32,000 nt of DNA from Desulfobulbus propionicus DSM 2032 (GCF_000186885.1 NC_014972.1:1800001-1832000), one strand, 5' to 3'; counted from the first letter of the stretch, positions 7,513 to 17,220 are shown. Notes: generated from the letters alone by a model not told the origin. Program-made: numbers and translations.

Positions 7513-8715
7513 TTATGCGTCGCTCGCCATCAGGGAGGGGCGCTGACGGTCGGCCAGCACCTGGAGGGCGATATCGGCGGCCCGTCGCGATGCCCCCGGA
7601 CCGCCCAAGCGCTCGCGCACTTCCCGCAATCCGGCGAGCATGCTCTGGCGGGCGACATCGTTGTCGAGCATGTTGCGCAGTTCCGAGGCGATCCGGCCGG
7701 GCGTGACCGCATCTTGCAGCAATTCGGGGATGATTTCCCGCTCGCCGATCAGGTTGACCAGGGAAAAGAAGCGTAAATTACGGATGAGCAACCGGCCGAG
7801 AAAATAGGTACGGGGCGAGACCCGATAGGTGGCCACCGTGGGCACGCCGAGGAGGGCCAGTTCGAGCAGCACCGTGCCCGAGGCGGCCACCACTGCGTCG
7901 CAGGCGGCCATCATCGCGTAGCGGCCCTCGCTGATCACCCGGTAATCGTAGCGACCCAGCCAGGCGGCCAGGCCGTGTTCGTCGAGCAGCGTGCGGCCGA
8001 TGGTCGGCGCCAAGGGGATGAGGAAGGTGTAGGCCTGGGGATGGTCGCGGGCGAGTAGTTCGGCGGCGGCAAGAAAATCGGGCAACAGGGCCGCCACCTC
8101 CTTTCTGCGGCTGCCTGGCAAGAGACCAACCAGTTTCCGGGTCGGTTCGATCCGGTGCGCTGCCCGGAACTGGGCCGGACTCAGGTCAGGATGCACCGCA
8201 TCCATCAGCGGGTGGCCGACGAAATCGACCCGCACGCCGTAACGGGCGTAAAAGGACTGCTCAAAGGGCAGGATGACCGCCATCCGGTCGGTCAACCGTT
8301 TGATGGTCCGCACCCGGCCCTTGCGCCAGGCCCAGACCTGCGGGCTGATGTAGTAAAACACCGGGATGCCGAGCTTCTTGGCCGATCTCGCCAGCAGCAG
8401 GTTGAAGTCCGGATAGTCGATCAGGATCAGTAACCCGGGGCGGCGGTCGCGCATGCGCTCGATCAGGGCACGGCGGGCGGCGAGGATATCACCCAGGTGG
8501 CTGAGGACCTCGAAAGCACCCACCACCGCCAGCTTGGCGGCGTCGCACAGCAGTTCCACCCCGGCCGCGTGCAGTTCCCGGCCGCCCATGCCGCAGAAGC
8601 GCAACTCTGGCCGCTGCTCGCGCATGGCCCGCACCAGATTGGCGCCGTGCAGGTCGCCCGAGGCCTCGCCGGCCACGATCATCACCTCCTGGGTATATCC
8701 GCCGTGGATGTTCAT
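7513..8715 (-). CDS. lpxB: Lipid-A-disaccharide synthase
   Basis: Motifs are typical of LpxB: MIVAGEASGDLHGANL, FCGMGG, IDYPDFNL, ISPQVWAWR. I prefer the ATG at 8715 over the TTG at 8730. Confidence 0.9.
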   Translation of the reverse strand: MNIHGGYTQEVMIVAGEASGDLHGANLVRAMREQRPELRFCGMGGRELHAAGVELLCDAAKLAVVGAFEVLSHLGDILAARRALIERMRDRRPGLLILIDYPDFNLLLARSAKKLGIPVFYYISPQVWAWRKGRVRTIKRLTDRMAVILPFEQSFYARYGVRVDFVGHPLMDAVHPDLSPAQFRAAHRIEPTRKLVGLLPGSRRKEVAALLPDFLAAAELLARDHPQAYTFLIPLAPTIGRTLLDEHGLAAWLGRYDYRVISEGRYAMMAACDAVVAASGTVLLELALLGVPTVATYRVSPRTYFLGRLLIRNLRFFSLVNLIGEREIIPELLQDAVTPGRIASELRNMLDNDVARQSMLAGLREVRERLGGPGASRRAADIALQVLADRQRPSLMASDA

Positions 8716-8726
8716 CGCCTGACCCG

Positions 8727-9731
8727 TCAATGGTGGAGGTAGGCCAGCAGGTCGGAGCGGCCCTCGTCGGCCAGGATCTGCTCGACCCGCCGACGGTTGC
8801 TCTCAATCTGCTCGACCACCTGCAGGGCCACGTCCAGGGCGCGGCGGCCCTCTTCACCGGCCACGGCCGGACGGCTACGGTCGCGCACATGCTGGACGAA
8901 ATCGCGTAACTCCAGTTCCAGGGCATCCTGGTCCTGGAAGCCCGACTTGCTGATCTCCGGCACCGGTGCCGCGCCTGTTGCGCCGGGCTTGAGCCGCACC
9001 GACATCACCTCCTTCTTGCCGAAATCCACCGACAAATACTGGCCGGGTTGGAAGATGCGCATCCGCCGCATGTTGTCCATGGAGATACGGCTGACCGTAA
9101 TGTTGGCGGTGCAGCCGTTGGCAAAGATGAGGCGGGCGTTGGCGATGTCGGTGTGCTGGGTGACCACCGGCGCACCGGCGGTGAGGATGGAAACGATCGG
9201 CGCCTTGACGATGGATAGGACGATATCGATGTCGTGAATCATCAGGTCGAGCACCACATCGACATCCGTGCCCCGCTCCTTGAACACGGCGATGCGATGC
9301 GCCTCGATGAACAGCGGATGGGTGAGCAGCGGCTGCATGGCCAGCACCGCCGGGTTGAACCGCTCCAGATGGCCGACCTGGAGAATCCGCCCGTGCTCGC
9401 GGGCCAGATGGATCAGATCGTCGGCTTCGCTCAGGGTGGTGGTGATCGGCTTTTCCATCAGCACGTCGATACCCTGCTGCAGGCAGACCTTGCCCACTTC
9501 GTGATGGAGGCTGGTCGGCACCACGATGGACACCGCATCCACCTGGGGCAACAACTCCCGGTAATCGGCAAAAGAGGCGGTGGAGCATTCCTCGGCGATT
9601 TGCCGTGCCCGCGCCGGATCGGCATCGGCCACCCCCACCAGGTCGACATCCTCCATGGCCGCGTATTTTTGGGCGTGAAAACGGCCCAGGTATCCAACTC
9701 CAATCACTCCAACCTTCATTGTCTTGCTCAT
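8727..9731 (-). CDS. Gfo/Idh/MocA-family NAD(P)-dependent oxidoreductase
   Basis: A Rossmann N-terminus is present (MKVGVIGVGYLGRFHAQKY) together with an EKP motif (VLMEKPIT). The start is ATG 9731 or ATG 9719. The ORF extension to 10139 overlaps livF and is rejected. Confidence 0.85.
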   Translation of the reverse strand: MSKTMKVGVIGVGYLGRFHAQKYAAMEDVDLVGVADADPARARQIAEECSTASFADYRELLPQVDAVSIVVPTSLHHEVGKVCLQQGIDVLMEKPITTTLSEADDLIHLAREHGRILQVGHLERFNPAVLAMQPLLTHPLFIEAHRIAVFKERGTDVDVVLDLMIHDIDIVLSIVKAPIVSILTAGAPVVTQHTDIANARLIFANGCTANITVSRISMDNMRRMRIFQPGQYLSVDFGKKEVMSVRLKPGATGAAPVPEISKSGFQDQDALELELRDFVQHVRDRSRPAVAGEEGRRALDVALQVVEQIESNRRRVEQILADEGRSDLLAYLHH

Positions 9732-9778
9732 GTCCTTCCTGTTCTGTTCCCGGCTGGACTGCAAAATGCAGCCTGCAT

Positions 9779-10486
9779 TCAAATGCCGAGATAGGCTTGT
9801 TGTATGGCAGGATTGCCGAGCAGCGCCGCTGCCCGGTCCTGCATGACGATGCGGCCATTTTCCAGGACATAGCCCCGATCCGCCACTTGCAGGGCGAGAT
9901 TGGCGTTCTGTTCCACCAGGAAAATGGTCGTGTGGTGTTCCCTGTTGATCGTGGTGATAATGGTAAAAATTTGTTTGGTCACCAGGGGCGCCAGCCCCAT
10001 GGACGGCTCGTCGAGCAGCAGCAGTCTTGGCCGGGCCATGAGTGCCCGGCTGATGGCCAGCATCTGTTGCTCGCCGCCGGAGAGGGTGCCGCCCGGCTGG
10101 TGGCGCCGCTCGGCCAAAATCGGGAAGAGGCTGTAGCACATCTCCCGGTCCGCGGCGATCGCCTTGCTGTCCCGGCGGAGGAAGGCACCCATGTCGAGGT
10201 TTTCGGCCACGCTCAGCGCGGGAAAGATGTGCCGTCCCTCGGGAACCTGACAGATGCCCAGCCGGACGATCCCGTCCGGGGCCTTGCCAGTGATCGCTTG
10301 TCCTTCAAACACGATCTCGCCCCGCCGCACCGGCACGATGCCGCTGATGGCCATCAGGGTGGTGGACTTGCCCGCGCCGTTGGCACCGATCAAGGTGACG
10401 ATCTCGCCCTGGCTGACGGTGAGGCTCACGCCGTGCAGGGCCTGGATGCTGCCGTAGAATGCGTCGACCTCACGGAGCTCAAGCAT
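9779..10486 (-). CDS. livF: Branched-chain amino acid ABC transporter ATP-binding protein
   Basis: Walker A (GANGAGKST), the signature motif (LSGGEQQML) and Walker B (LLLLDEPS) are present. Length and position after livG are typical. Confidence 0.9.
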   Translation of the reverse strand: MLELREVDAFYGSIQALHGVSLTVSQGEIVTLIGANGAGKSTTLMAISGIVPVRRGEIVFEGQAITGKAPDGIVRLGICQVPEGRHIFPALSVAENLDMGAFLRRDSKAIAADREMCYSLFPILAERRHQPGGTLSGGEQQMLAISRALMARPRLLLLDEPSMGLAPLVTKQIFTIITTINREHHTTIFLVEQNANLALQVADRGYVLENGRIVMQDRAAALLGNPAIQQAYLGI

Positions 10487-11279
10487 GGATGCTTTCCTCG
10501 CCGAGATAGGCCCGGATCACCGCCGGGTTGTGCCGCACCTCCTCGGGCGAGCCCTCGGCGATCTTGCGGCCATAATCCAGGACAAAGATGTGGTCGGAGA
10601 GGCGCATCACCAGTTTCATGTCGTGCTCGATCAGCAAGATGGCCGTGCCATCGTCCCGAATCGAGCGAATCAGTTCGTTGAGTTCCAGTGTTTCCTGCGG
10701 GTTCATGCCGGCCGCCGGTTCGTCGAGCAACAGCAGCAGCGGCTCAGTGGCCAGGGCCCGACCGATCTCCAGCCGCCGCTGAGCCCCATAGGGCAGATGC
10801 TTGGCGAACTCGTCGGCCTGATCCGCCAGGTCGATCCGCTCCAGCAAAGCAAGGCTCATGCCAACAATGGCCTTTTCTTCGTGCCGCACCGCCGGCGGGC
10901 GGAAGATGGCCCCGAAGACCGTTGCATGGGTGCGGCAGTGGCGACCGATCATCACGTTCTCGAGCACGGTCATGTTGGGGAAAAGGCGGATGTTCTGGAA
11001 GGTGCGCGCCACTCCCTGCGCGGTGATCTGGTTGGGCTTGAGTCCATTCAACCGTTTGGGTGCTTGGCCGGGCGGAGTCAGCAGCAGTTCGCCGCCGGTG
11101 GGGGCGTAGATGCCGGTCAAGCAGTTGAACAAGGTGGTCTTGCCGGCGCCGTTGGGGCCGATCAGGGCCGCGATTTCTCCCGGATGGAGGCGGAGATCGA
11201 GATGATCCAGGGCACGGATGCCGCCGAAATCCATGGTCAGGCCGCTGACGGTGAGGAGTGGGTCCATGGGCTGTGTCAA
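10479..11279 (-). CDS. livG: Branched-chain amino acid ABC transporter ATP-binding protein
   Basis: GPNGAGKTTLFNCLTGIY, LPYGAQRRLEIGRAL and LLLLDEPAAG are present. It overlaps livF by 8 nt. Confidence 0.9.
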   Translation of the reverse strand: MTQPMDPLLTVSGLTMDFGGIRALDHLDLRLHPGEIAALIGPNGAGKTTLFNCLTGIYAPTGGELLLTPPGQAPKRLNGLKPNQITAQGVARTFQNIRLFPNMTVLENVMIGRHCRTHATVFGAIFRPPAVRHEEKAIVGMSLALLERIDLADQADEFAKHLPYGAQRRLEIGRALATEPLLLLLDEPAAGMNPQETLELNELIRSIRDDGTAILLIEHDMKLVMRLSDHIFVLDYGRKIAEGSPEEVRHNPAVIRAYLGEESIHA

Positions 11280-11291
11280 AAGTGCAACAAA

Positions 11292-12503
11292 TTATCGGTT
11301 GACTGTGTAGCTTCGGCGCACCGTGGCCACGATGCCCTGGGGCCGGAAGACCATCATCACCACCAGAACGGCGCCGAAGGCAAGCATGCGGTAGTCGGCC
11401 ACGGCACGCAGGTATTCGGGCAGGAGGATCAGCACCAGGGCGCCGACAATCACCCCGACGATCGAACCCATGCCGCCCAAGACCACGATGCAGAGGATGA
11501 TCGCCGACTCGAGAAAGGTGAAGCTGGCCGGGTTGACAAAGGTGGTCTTGGCAGCGAAAAAGACCCCGGCCATGCCCGCCCAGGTGGCCCCGAGGGCAAA
11601 GGCGGTCAACTTGGTCCGGGTCTTGTCGATGCCCATGGCCTGGCAGGCGATGTCATCCTCGCGCAGGGCGTACCAGGCCCGGCCGATGCGCGAGTTTTGC
11701 AGCCGATTGATCATGAAGATGGTGAACAGCACCATGAGGATCATTAGATAATACAAATAGATGATCGAGGCCTCCAGCGACAGCTCAATGCCGAACAGGC
11801 CAGGGCGGGGGATGTTGGCGATGCCGCTTGGGCCTTGGGAGAATTCGGTCCAGTTCTCCAGCACCAGGCGGATGATCTCGCCGAAACCGAGGGTGACGAT
11901 GGCCAGATAGTCGCCGCGCAACCGCAGCACCGGAAAGCCGAGCAGGATGCCGAACAGTGCGCCCAGCAGGCCGCCGATGGGCAGCACGGTCCAGAAGCCG
12001 AGGCCGAAATGGAGGTGGAGCAAGGCGTAGCTGTAGGCGCCGACCGCATAGAAGGCCACGTAGCCGAGGTCGAGCAGTCCGGCCACGCCGACCACGATGT
12101 TCAAACCCAGCCCCAGCACCACGTACATCAGGGCCGTGCTCATGATGTTGACCTGATAGGTGGAGAAGAGGGTGGGGAAGGCGAGGAAAAAGAGGGCGCC
12201 GATACCGAGCAGCGGAAGGGTGACGGCGCGTTGCGCCAGCAGACGCGGCAGCAGGGGAGGGGTCTCCTGCGCCAGGCCCAGGCGGATGCGTTCCCGACGG
12301 GCGGCGCGAAAGGCGAGAAGCAGGCGGGAAGCCACGAAGAGGCCAAAGCTCACCCCGCCGACCCAGGCCAGATTGGACCAGCGCCAGAGGATGCTCTTTT
12401 CCACCGGATTGACCTTGATCACCAGCAGGGGAAAGGTGAGAAACATGAACCACAGGGCTGTGAGCAGGGCCTGGCGGAAATCCTTGACAGTCAGCATGGG
12501 CAT
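11292..12503 (-). CDS. livM: Branched-chain amino acid ABC transporter permease (long LivM type)
   Basis: The protein is polytopic and hydrophobic, with LivM-type blocks (LDLGYVAFYAVGAY, FGEIIR) and an N-terminal extension. Confidence 0.85.
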   Translation of the reverse strand: MPMLTVKDFRQALLTALWFMFLTFPLLVIKVNPVEKSILWRWSNLAWVGGVSFGLFVASRLLLAFRAARRERIRLGLAQETPPLLPRLLAQRAVTLPLLGIGALFFLAFPTLFSTYQVNIMSTALMYVVLGLGLNIVVGVAGLLDLGYVAFYAVGAYSYALLHLHFGLGFWTVLPIGGLLGALFGILLGFPVLRLRGDYLAIVTLGFGEIIRLVLENWTEFSQGPSGIANIPRPGLFGIELSLEASIIYLYYLMILMVLFTIFMINRLQNSRIGRAWYALREDDIACQAMGIDKTRTKLTAFALGATWAGMAGVFFAAKTTFVNPASFTFLESAIILCIVVLGGMGSIVGVIVGALVLILLPEYLRAVADYRMLAFGAVLVVMMVFRPQGIVATVRRSYTVNR

Positions 12504-12510
12504 CGAACGG

Positions 12511-13413
12511 TTAGACTTTTTCCACTGCCGCCTTGCCGAGCAGTCCGGCAGGACGGAAGATCAGGATCAGCACCAGCAGGGAGAAGGCGAATACGTCCTC
12601 ATAGTCGCTGCTCACATAACCGGTGGCAAAGGCCTCGGTCAGGCCGAGGACAAAACTGCCCAGCACGGCACCGGGAATGGAGCCGATGCCACCGAGCACT
12701 GCGGCGGTAAAGGCCTTGATGCCGGCGAGGAAGCCGATAGAGAAGTTGATCTGGCCGATGTGCGAGGCAATGAGCAGACCACCGATGGCGGCCAGGGCCG
12801 AACCGAGGACAAAGGTGATCGAGATGATCCGGTCGACATTGATCCCGACCAGCAGCGCCATGGTGCGGTCTTGGGCCGTGGCGCGCATGGCCTTGCCGGT
12901 GCGGGTGCACTTGATCAGCACGGTCAGGAACAGCATGACCACGGCCGAGACCACCAGGATGGCCAGGTCGGTGGAGCCGATGATGGCGGCATAGGGCTCG
13001 AGCAAGGCAAAATCCGGAATCAGGGCCGGAAAGGGCAGGAAGTCCGAGGTCTGGGCCAGGAGGACATAATTCTGCAGGAAAATCGACATGCCGATGGCCG
13101 AGATCAAGGGCGACAAACGGGGGGCGTTGCGCAAGGGCCGGTAGGCCAGCCGCTCCACGGTGTAGCCGTAGGCCCCGGCCCAGACCACGGCCGCCAGCGC
13201 GGTCAGAACAAGGATGGCCGGCAGCGGCAGGCCGAGGATCGAGAAGACGGTCGAGGCGATCAGGGCGGTGAAGGCGCCGATCATGTAGATCTCGCCATGG
13301 GCGAAGTTGATCAGGCCGATGATGCCGTAGACCATGGTGTACCCCAGGGCGATCAGGGCGTAGATGGAACCCCGGGTCAGACCACTGAACAGCAGTTCGA
13401 TGAAGTAGTCCAT
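12511..13413 (-). CDS. livH: Branched-chain amino acid ABC transporter permease
   Basis: The translation starts MDYFIELLFSGLTRGSIYALIALGYTMVYG. GAGGA lies 6 nt upstream of the ATG at 13413. The ORF extension to 13512 is rejected. Confidence 0.9.
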   Translation of the reverse strand: MDYFIELLFSGLTRGSIYALIALGYTMVYGIIGLINFAHGEIYMIGAFTALIASTVFSILGLPLPAILVLTALAAVVWAGAYGYTVERLAYRPLRNAPRLSPLISAIGMSIFLQNYVLLAQTSDFLPFPALIPDFALLEPYAAIIGSTDLAILVVSAVVMLFLTVLIKCTRTGKAMRATAQDRTMALLVGINVDRIISITFVLGSALAAIGGLLIASHIGQINFSIGFLAGIKAFTAAVLGGIGSIPGAVLGSFVLGLTEAFATGYVSSDYEDVFAFSLLVLILIFRPAGLLGKAAVEKV

Positions 13414-13478
13414 GGAAATCCTCTTGCAAACGGGTCGGGCTTGAAGGGCGCGGCAACCCCAGCGGGCGCACAAAACAT

Positions 13479-13514
13479 CAATGCCTGGGACCGCAGCGGC
13501 GATTCCAGGCATTG
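13479..13514 (-). promoter_or_regulatory. Intercistronic hairpin between livK and livH
   Basis: A perfect 10-bp stem pairs CAATGCCTGG (13479-13488) with CCAGGCATTG (13505-13514) around a 16-nt loop. On the transcript it is followed by AUGUUUUG. Confidence 0.5.
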
Positions 13515-13535
13515 GCAGGTTGGCATGGGCGAGCG

Positions 13536-14660
13536 TTACTGGACTTGCACGTATTGGCCGTCCTTGACTTGATAGATGGAAAAGCCGATGCCGATCGGTT
13601 CGCCCTTGGCGTCGAACTTGATATGGCCAAACGGGGTGGCCACCTCCTCGCTGCGCAGCGCCTGGGCCACGGCCTCGGGATCGGTGGAGCCGGCCTTGGC
13701 CAGGGCATGGGTCAGGGCCAGGGTGGCGGCGATGGCGTTGTCGAAAAAGGCGCCGGGATCGGTACCCTCGGCCTGTTTGAATTTGGCGCGATACTCCTTG
13801 GTGATCGGATTCTGGGAGACGTCGGCCGGTCCGGTGGCGTAGACGCCCTCGGCATCCTTGCCCGCGACCTTGATGAAGGTGTCGTCCTTGACGCCGTCGT
13901 CGGAGACAAAGGGGATGGTCATCCGCTTCTGCCGCATCTGACCGACGACCTTGGAGGCCTCCGGATGGTAGCCGCCGAAGATGACCGCCTCCGCACCGGA
14001 GCGCTTGATCTTCTGCACCACCGCCGAATAGTCGACCGCGCCGGGCGTGACCCCTTCAAAGAGCACCACCTCGCCCTTGCCGCCGCTCTGCTCGATGAAG
14101 GTTTTGGCGTACTCGGCCAGCCCCTTGCCGTAGTCACCTTTATCGTGGATCACGGCAATTTTCTTCACTTTGAGGGTGCCTAGGGCGAAATCCACCTGGG
14201 AACGGGCCTGGGCGTCGTCACTGGCGATGGTGCGGTAGAAGTTGGGGTACTCGCCGCTCTGGGTGAGTCCGGGGGTGGTGGCCGAGGGAGAGATGACCGG
14301 CACCTTGGCGGCGCGGTAGATGGGCAGGGCGGCTTTGGTCGGACCGGAGCAGATATGGCCGATCACCGCCTTGGCGCCGTTGGAGATCAGTTTCGTGGCG
14401 GTGTTGGTGGCGATTTCCGGCTTGCACATGTCATCCTCGATCAGCAATTCCACCGGCGCGCCGTTGATGCCGCCTTTGGCGTTAATCTCTTTGACAACAA
14501 GTTGGGCAGCCTTTAAAGTCGGCAGGCCGTAGGAGGCCAGGTCGCCGCTGTGGGCGCCGGCCACGCCGATCTTGACCGCTTCGGCGGCCAGGGCATTGAC
14601 GCTCAGGCCAATGGCCAGGATACTAGCAGCAAACAGGGTGAAGGGTGGGACACAACGCAT
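13536..14660 (-). CDS. livK: Branched-chain amino acid ABC transporter substrate-binding protein
   Basis: A signal peptide (MRCVPPFTLFAASILAIGLSVNALAAEA) precedes the periplasmic-binding type I pattern (VKIGVAG...GHICSG). GGGAGG lies upstream of the ATG at 14660. An alternative ATG is at 14723. Confidence 0.85.
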   Translation of the reverse strand: MRCVPPFTLFAASILAIGLSVNALAAEAVKIGVAGAHSGDLASYGLPTLKAAQLVVKEINAKGGINGAPVELLIEDDMCKPEIATNTATKLISNGAKAVIGHICSGPTKAALPIYRAAKVPVISPSATTPGLTQSGEYPNFYRTIASDDAQARSQVDFALGTLKVKKIAVIHDKGDYGKGLAEYAKTFIEQSGGKGEVVLFEGVTPGAVDYSAVVQKIKRSGAEAVIFGGYHPEASKVVGQMRQKRMTIPFVSDDGVKDDTFIKVAGKDAEGVYATGPADVSQNPITKEYRAKFKQAEGTDPGAFFDNAIAATLALTHALAKAGSTDPEAVAQALRSEEVATPFGHIKFDAKGEPIGIGFSIYQVKDGQYVQVQ

Positions 14661-14891
14661 TGTGGAGACACCTCCCGGTCGGGTCAGGTTGCAAACGATC
14701 TTGTCTTTTTCGAGTGTGCCCATTTTTTACCCCATTGAGATAATTTTGCACTAAAAATGACCGGATGGCAGGTCTGGCGGACCGGCGCGCACCCTGCGGG
14801 AGGTTTGCCGCTTCGGTGCCACGGTGAAGGAGCCGTGGACCGCTTCCCCTATCTCCATCGTGGTCCGTCGACGGGAGCTGTTGTGCACGAC

Positions 14892-15968
14892 ATGAAGCAA
14901 TCAACCGCGTTTTATTTTGCCTTGGGCCGGCCATTGAGCCCGATCTACAGCCTGGCCATGCGCCTGCGCGAGACCCTCTACCGTCGGGGCGTGCTCCGCT
15001 CTTACCGGCTGGCCGCACCGGTGGTCAGCGTCGGTAACCTGACCTTGGGCGGCAGCGGCAAGACGCCGATGGTTCAGTACCTGGCCCGGCTGCTGCAAGA
15101 CAACGGCTTCCACCCGGCGATCATCAGCCGCGGCTACGGCGGACGGGCGAAAGGCGCCATCAACGTGGTGTCCGACGACAAGAGTCTGCTGCTCGATGCC
15201 GAGCAGGCCGGCGACGAACCGCGTTTTTTGGCCGAAACCCTGCCGGGCGTACCGGTGCTGACCGGTATTGTCCGCCGGCTGCCGGCCCAGCGTGCCGTGG
15301 AGATGGGAGCCGATGTCCTGTTGCTGGACGACGGTTTTCAGCATCTGCAAATCAAGCGCGATGTCAACCTGGTGCTGTTCAACACCGACCGGCTGGCCGG
15401 CAACTCGCGGGTCTTCCCCGGCGGCGACCTGCGTGAACCAGTGGCCGCGCTCAAACGGGCCACCGGTTTTGTCATGACCGGCGTCCATGCCGGTAACCGG
15501 GAACGGGCCGACCGGTTCGCCGACCTGCTGCGCCATCGCTTTCCCGGTATTCCGGTCGTCCAAGCCGGGTATGGGGTGGAAGGGCCGGTGCGGCTCGCCG
15601 CCTCGGGCATTCTTGAACCGGCAGCCGCCGACATTCTGGTCCAGCACCCTTTATTTGCCTTTTGTGGCATCGCCCACCCCGAATCCTTCCGCCAGACGCT
15701 CATCGCACAGGGGGCGGTGCTGGCCGGTTTTCATCCCCTGGACGACCACCAGCGCTATTCGTCGGCCGTGATCGAGCGGCTGGCCAATCGCGCCCGTCAA
15801 TCCGGCGCCCAGAACCTGATCACCACCGAAAAGGATCTGGTCAAGCTGGCTCCCCATGTCGAGGCCCTGTCCCTGCCTGTGTTCGGGTTGCGGATGCGGG
15901 TGGAGGCAGAGGAGCCGTTAGCGCGGAACATCCTTTCGGCGGTCCGTTCCTGGAGCGGCCACGATTGA
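14892..15968 (+). CDS. lpxK: Tetraacyldisaccharide 4'-kinase
   Basis: The P-loop VVSVGNLTLGGSGKTP, ISRGYGG and LLDDGFQH are present. I prefer the ATG at 14892 (MKQSTAFYF) over the 14757 ORF start. Confidence 0.85.
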   Translation: MKQSTAFYFALGRPLSPIYSLAMRLRETLYRRGVLRSYRLAAPVVSVGNLTLGGSGKTPMVQYLARLLQDNGFHPAIISRGYGGRAKGAINVVSDDKSLLLDAEQAGDEPRFLAETLPGVPVLTGIVRRLPAQRAVEMGADVLLLDDGFQHLQIKRDVNLVLFNTDRLAGNSRVFPGGDLREPVAALKRATGFVMTGVHAGNRERADRFADLLRHRFPGIPVVQAGYGVEGPVRLAASGILEPAAADILVQHPLFAFCGIAHPESFRQTLIAQGAVLAGFHPLDDHQRYSSAVIERLANRARQSGAQNLITTEKDLVKLAPHVEALSLPVFGLRMRVEAEEPLARNILSAVRSWSGHD

Positions 15969-15997
15969 TCCCTCTTGCCAACTGTGTAAAAAAAACA

Positions 15998-16033
15998 ACA
16001 TTCGCCCGGAGTTGTCCGGAATGTGTTTTTTTT
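15998..16033 (+). terminator. Rho-independent terminator after lpxK
   Basis: ACATTCGCCCGG-AGTTGT-CCGGAATGT forms a stem with a small bulge, followed by a T8 run at 16026-16033. An A-run lies upstream, so it may act bidirectionally. Confidence 0.6.
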
Positions 16034-16097
16034 GCCACATCTGTGTCGAGGCCCCTGGGCCATCAATCTGCTACTTCTGCGGTCTATTTTTTTGATT

Positions 16098-16106
16098 TGG
16101 TATAAT
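16098..16106 (+). promoter_or_regulatory. Candidate extended -10 promoter element upstream of lpxC
   Basis: TGGTATAAT (TGnTATAAT) lies within the 255-nt AT-rich spacer, about 120 nt upstream of the lpxC ATG. No convincing -35 element was found. Confidence 0.3.
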
Positions 16107-16224
16107 TTTTTGAATTTTGTACCACCATGTAATATTTGTCGACCAGTTGGATCGCAATTTGCATAGTTTATAGATATATAGACAATATTGCCCTCTTCTT
16201 TCACAGAGTTTACAGTAGGTCACC

Positions 16225-17220
16225 ATGGCATCTCACATAGAGCCGCATCAATATACAGTAAAACGAACCGTCAGTTGCTGCGGTGTTGGACTGCACACCG
16301 GACGCACCGTCAACCTGACCATCAGTCCCGCGCCGGCGAACAGCGGCATCCAGTTCGTCCGTTCCGATCTGGCCGGCCGACCCACCATTCCAGCCCGGGT
16401 TGAACGGGTGGTGGATACCACCTTGGCCACCACCATCGGCGACGGACGCAATAAGATTTCCACCACCGAGCACCTGATGGCCGCCCTGCGCGGCTGCGGC
16501 ATCGACAATGCGGTGATCGACCTCGATTCCCACGAGGTGCCGATCATGGATGGCAGCGCCGGACCCTTTACCCGCTTGCTCAAGACCGCCGGTTTGCATC
16601 GCCAGCAGGCCCTGCGCAAAATGCTACGCATCACCCGGCCGCTCAGCTATGTCGACGGCAACAAATCGATCCGTATCGAACCCTATGACGGGTTCAAGGT
16701 ATCGGGACGCATTCAGTTCGACGACGCCCTGATCAGCGAGCAGCGCTACTCGGTGGAGGTCAACCCCGAGCGGTTCACCAAGGAGATCGCCTCGGCCCGC
16801 ACCTTTGGCTTTGTCGAGCAGGTGGAACAATTGTGGCAAAATGGACTCGCCCTTGGCGGCACCCTGGACAACGTCATCGCCATTCACTGGAACCGGCGTT
16901 CGATTCTGAACGAAGATGGTCTGCGGTTCGACGACGAATTCATCCGCCACAAGGTGTTGGACGTGATCGGCGACATCGCCCTGCTCGGTTCGCCGGTGCT
17001 TGGCCATGTGATTGCTGATCGGTCCGGACACAGTCTGCATTTGGGACTGATGCGCACCATCATCGACAACCCCCACAGTTGGGAGTATGTCACCTTCCAG
17101 AAACGAGGCGAGTCCCTGTTGCGCCAGGTAGTGCAGTCCACCCAGAATTCTGGGCACCGGTTCGCCCCTTTCTTTGCCCCGGTCAACGAGTCGTTGCCTC
17201 AGCAGGCCTGCGCGATGTAA
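16225..17220 (+). CDS. lpxC: UDP-3-O-acyl-N-acetylglucosamine deacetylase
   Basis: TVKRTVSCCGVGLHTGRTVNLTISPAPANSGIQF, TTEHLMAAL and HKVLDVIGD are present. The product is 331 aa with a short C-terminal extension. Confidence 0.9.
   Translation: MASHIEPHQYTVKRTVSCCGVGLHTGRTVNLTISPAPANSGIQFVRSDLAGRPTIPARVERVVDTTLATTIGDGRNKISTTEHLMAALRGCGIDNAVIDLDSHEVPIMDGSAGPFTRLLKTAGLHRQQALRKMLRITRPLSYVDGNKSIRIEPYDGFKVSGRIQFDDALISEQRYSVEVNPERFTKEIASARTFGFVEQVEQLWQNGLALGGTLDNVIAIHWNRRSILNEDGLRFDDEFIRHKVLDVIGDIALLGSPVLGHVIADRSGHSLHLGLMRTIIDNPHSWEYVTFQKRGESLLRQVVQSTQNSGHRFAPFFAPVNESLPQQACAM

Noticed and set aside
9732-10139. Upstream extension of the Gfo/Idh/MocA ORF to 470 aa
   Set aside because: It overlaps livF in another frame. 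The Rossmann fold starts at MKVGVIGVG, right after the ATG at 9731 or 9719.
10485-13572. Long plus-strand ORFs (10485-11747, 11835-12710, 12160-13572) opposite livG, livM and livH
   Set aside because: They are antisense to well-supported ABC transporter genes. The translations are repetitive and rich in Gly/Asp/Gln/His/Arg, with no RBS or family signal.
14690-14725. A sigma54-like TGGGCAC element upstream of livK
   Set aside because: There is no TTGC-type -12 element at the required spacing, so only the -24-like half matches.
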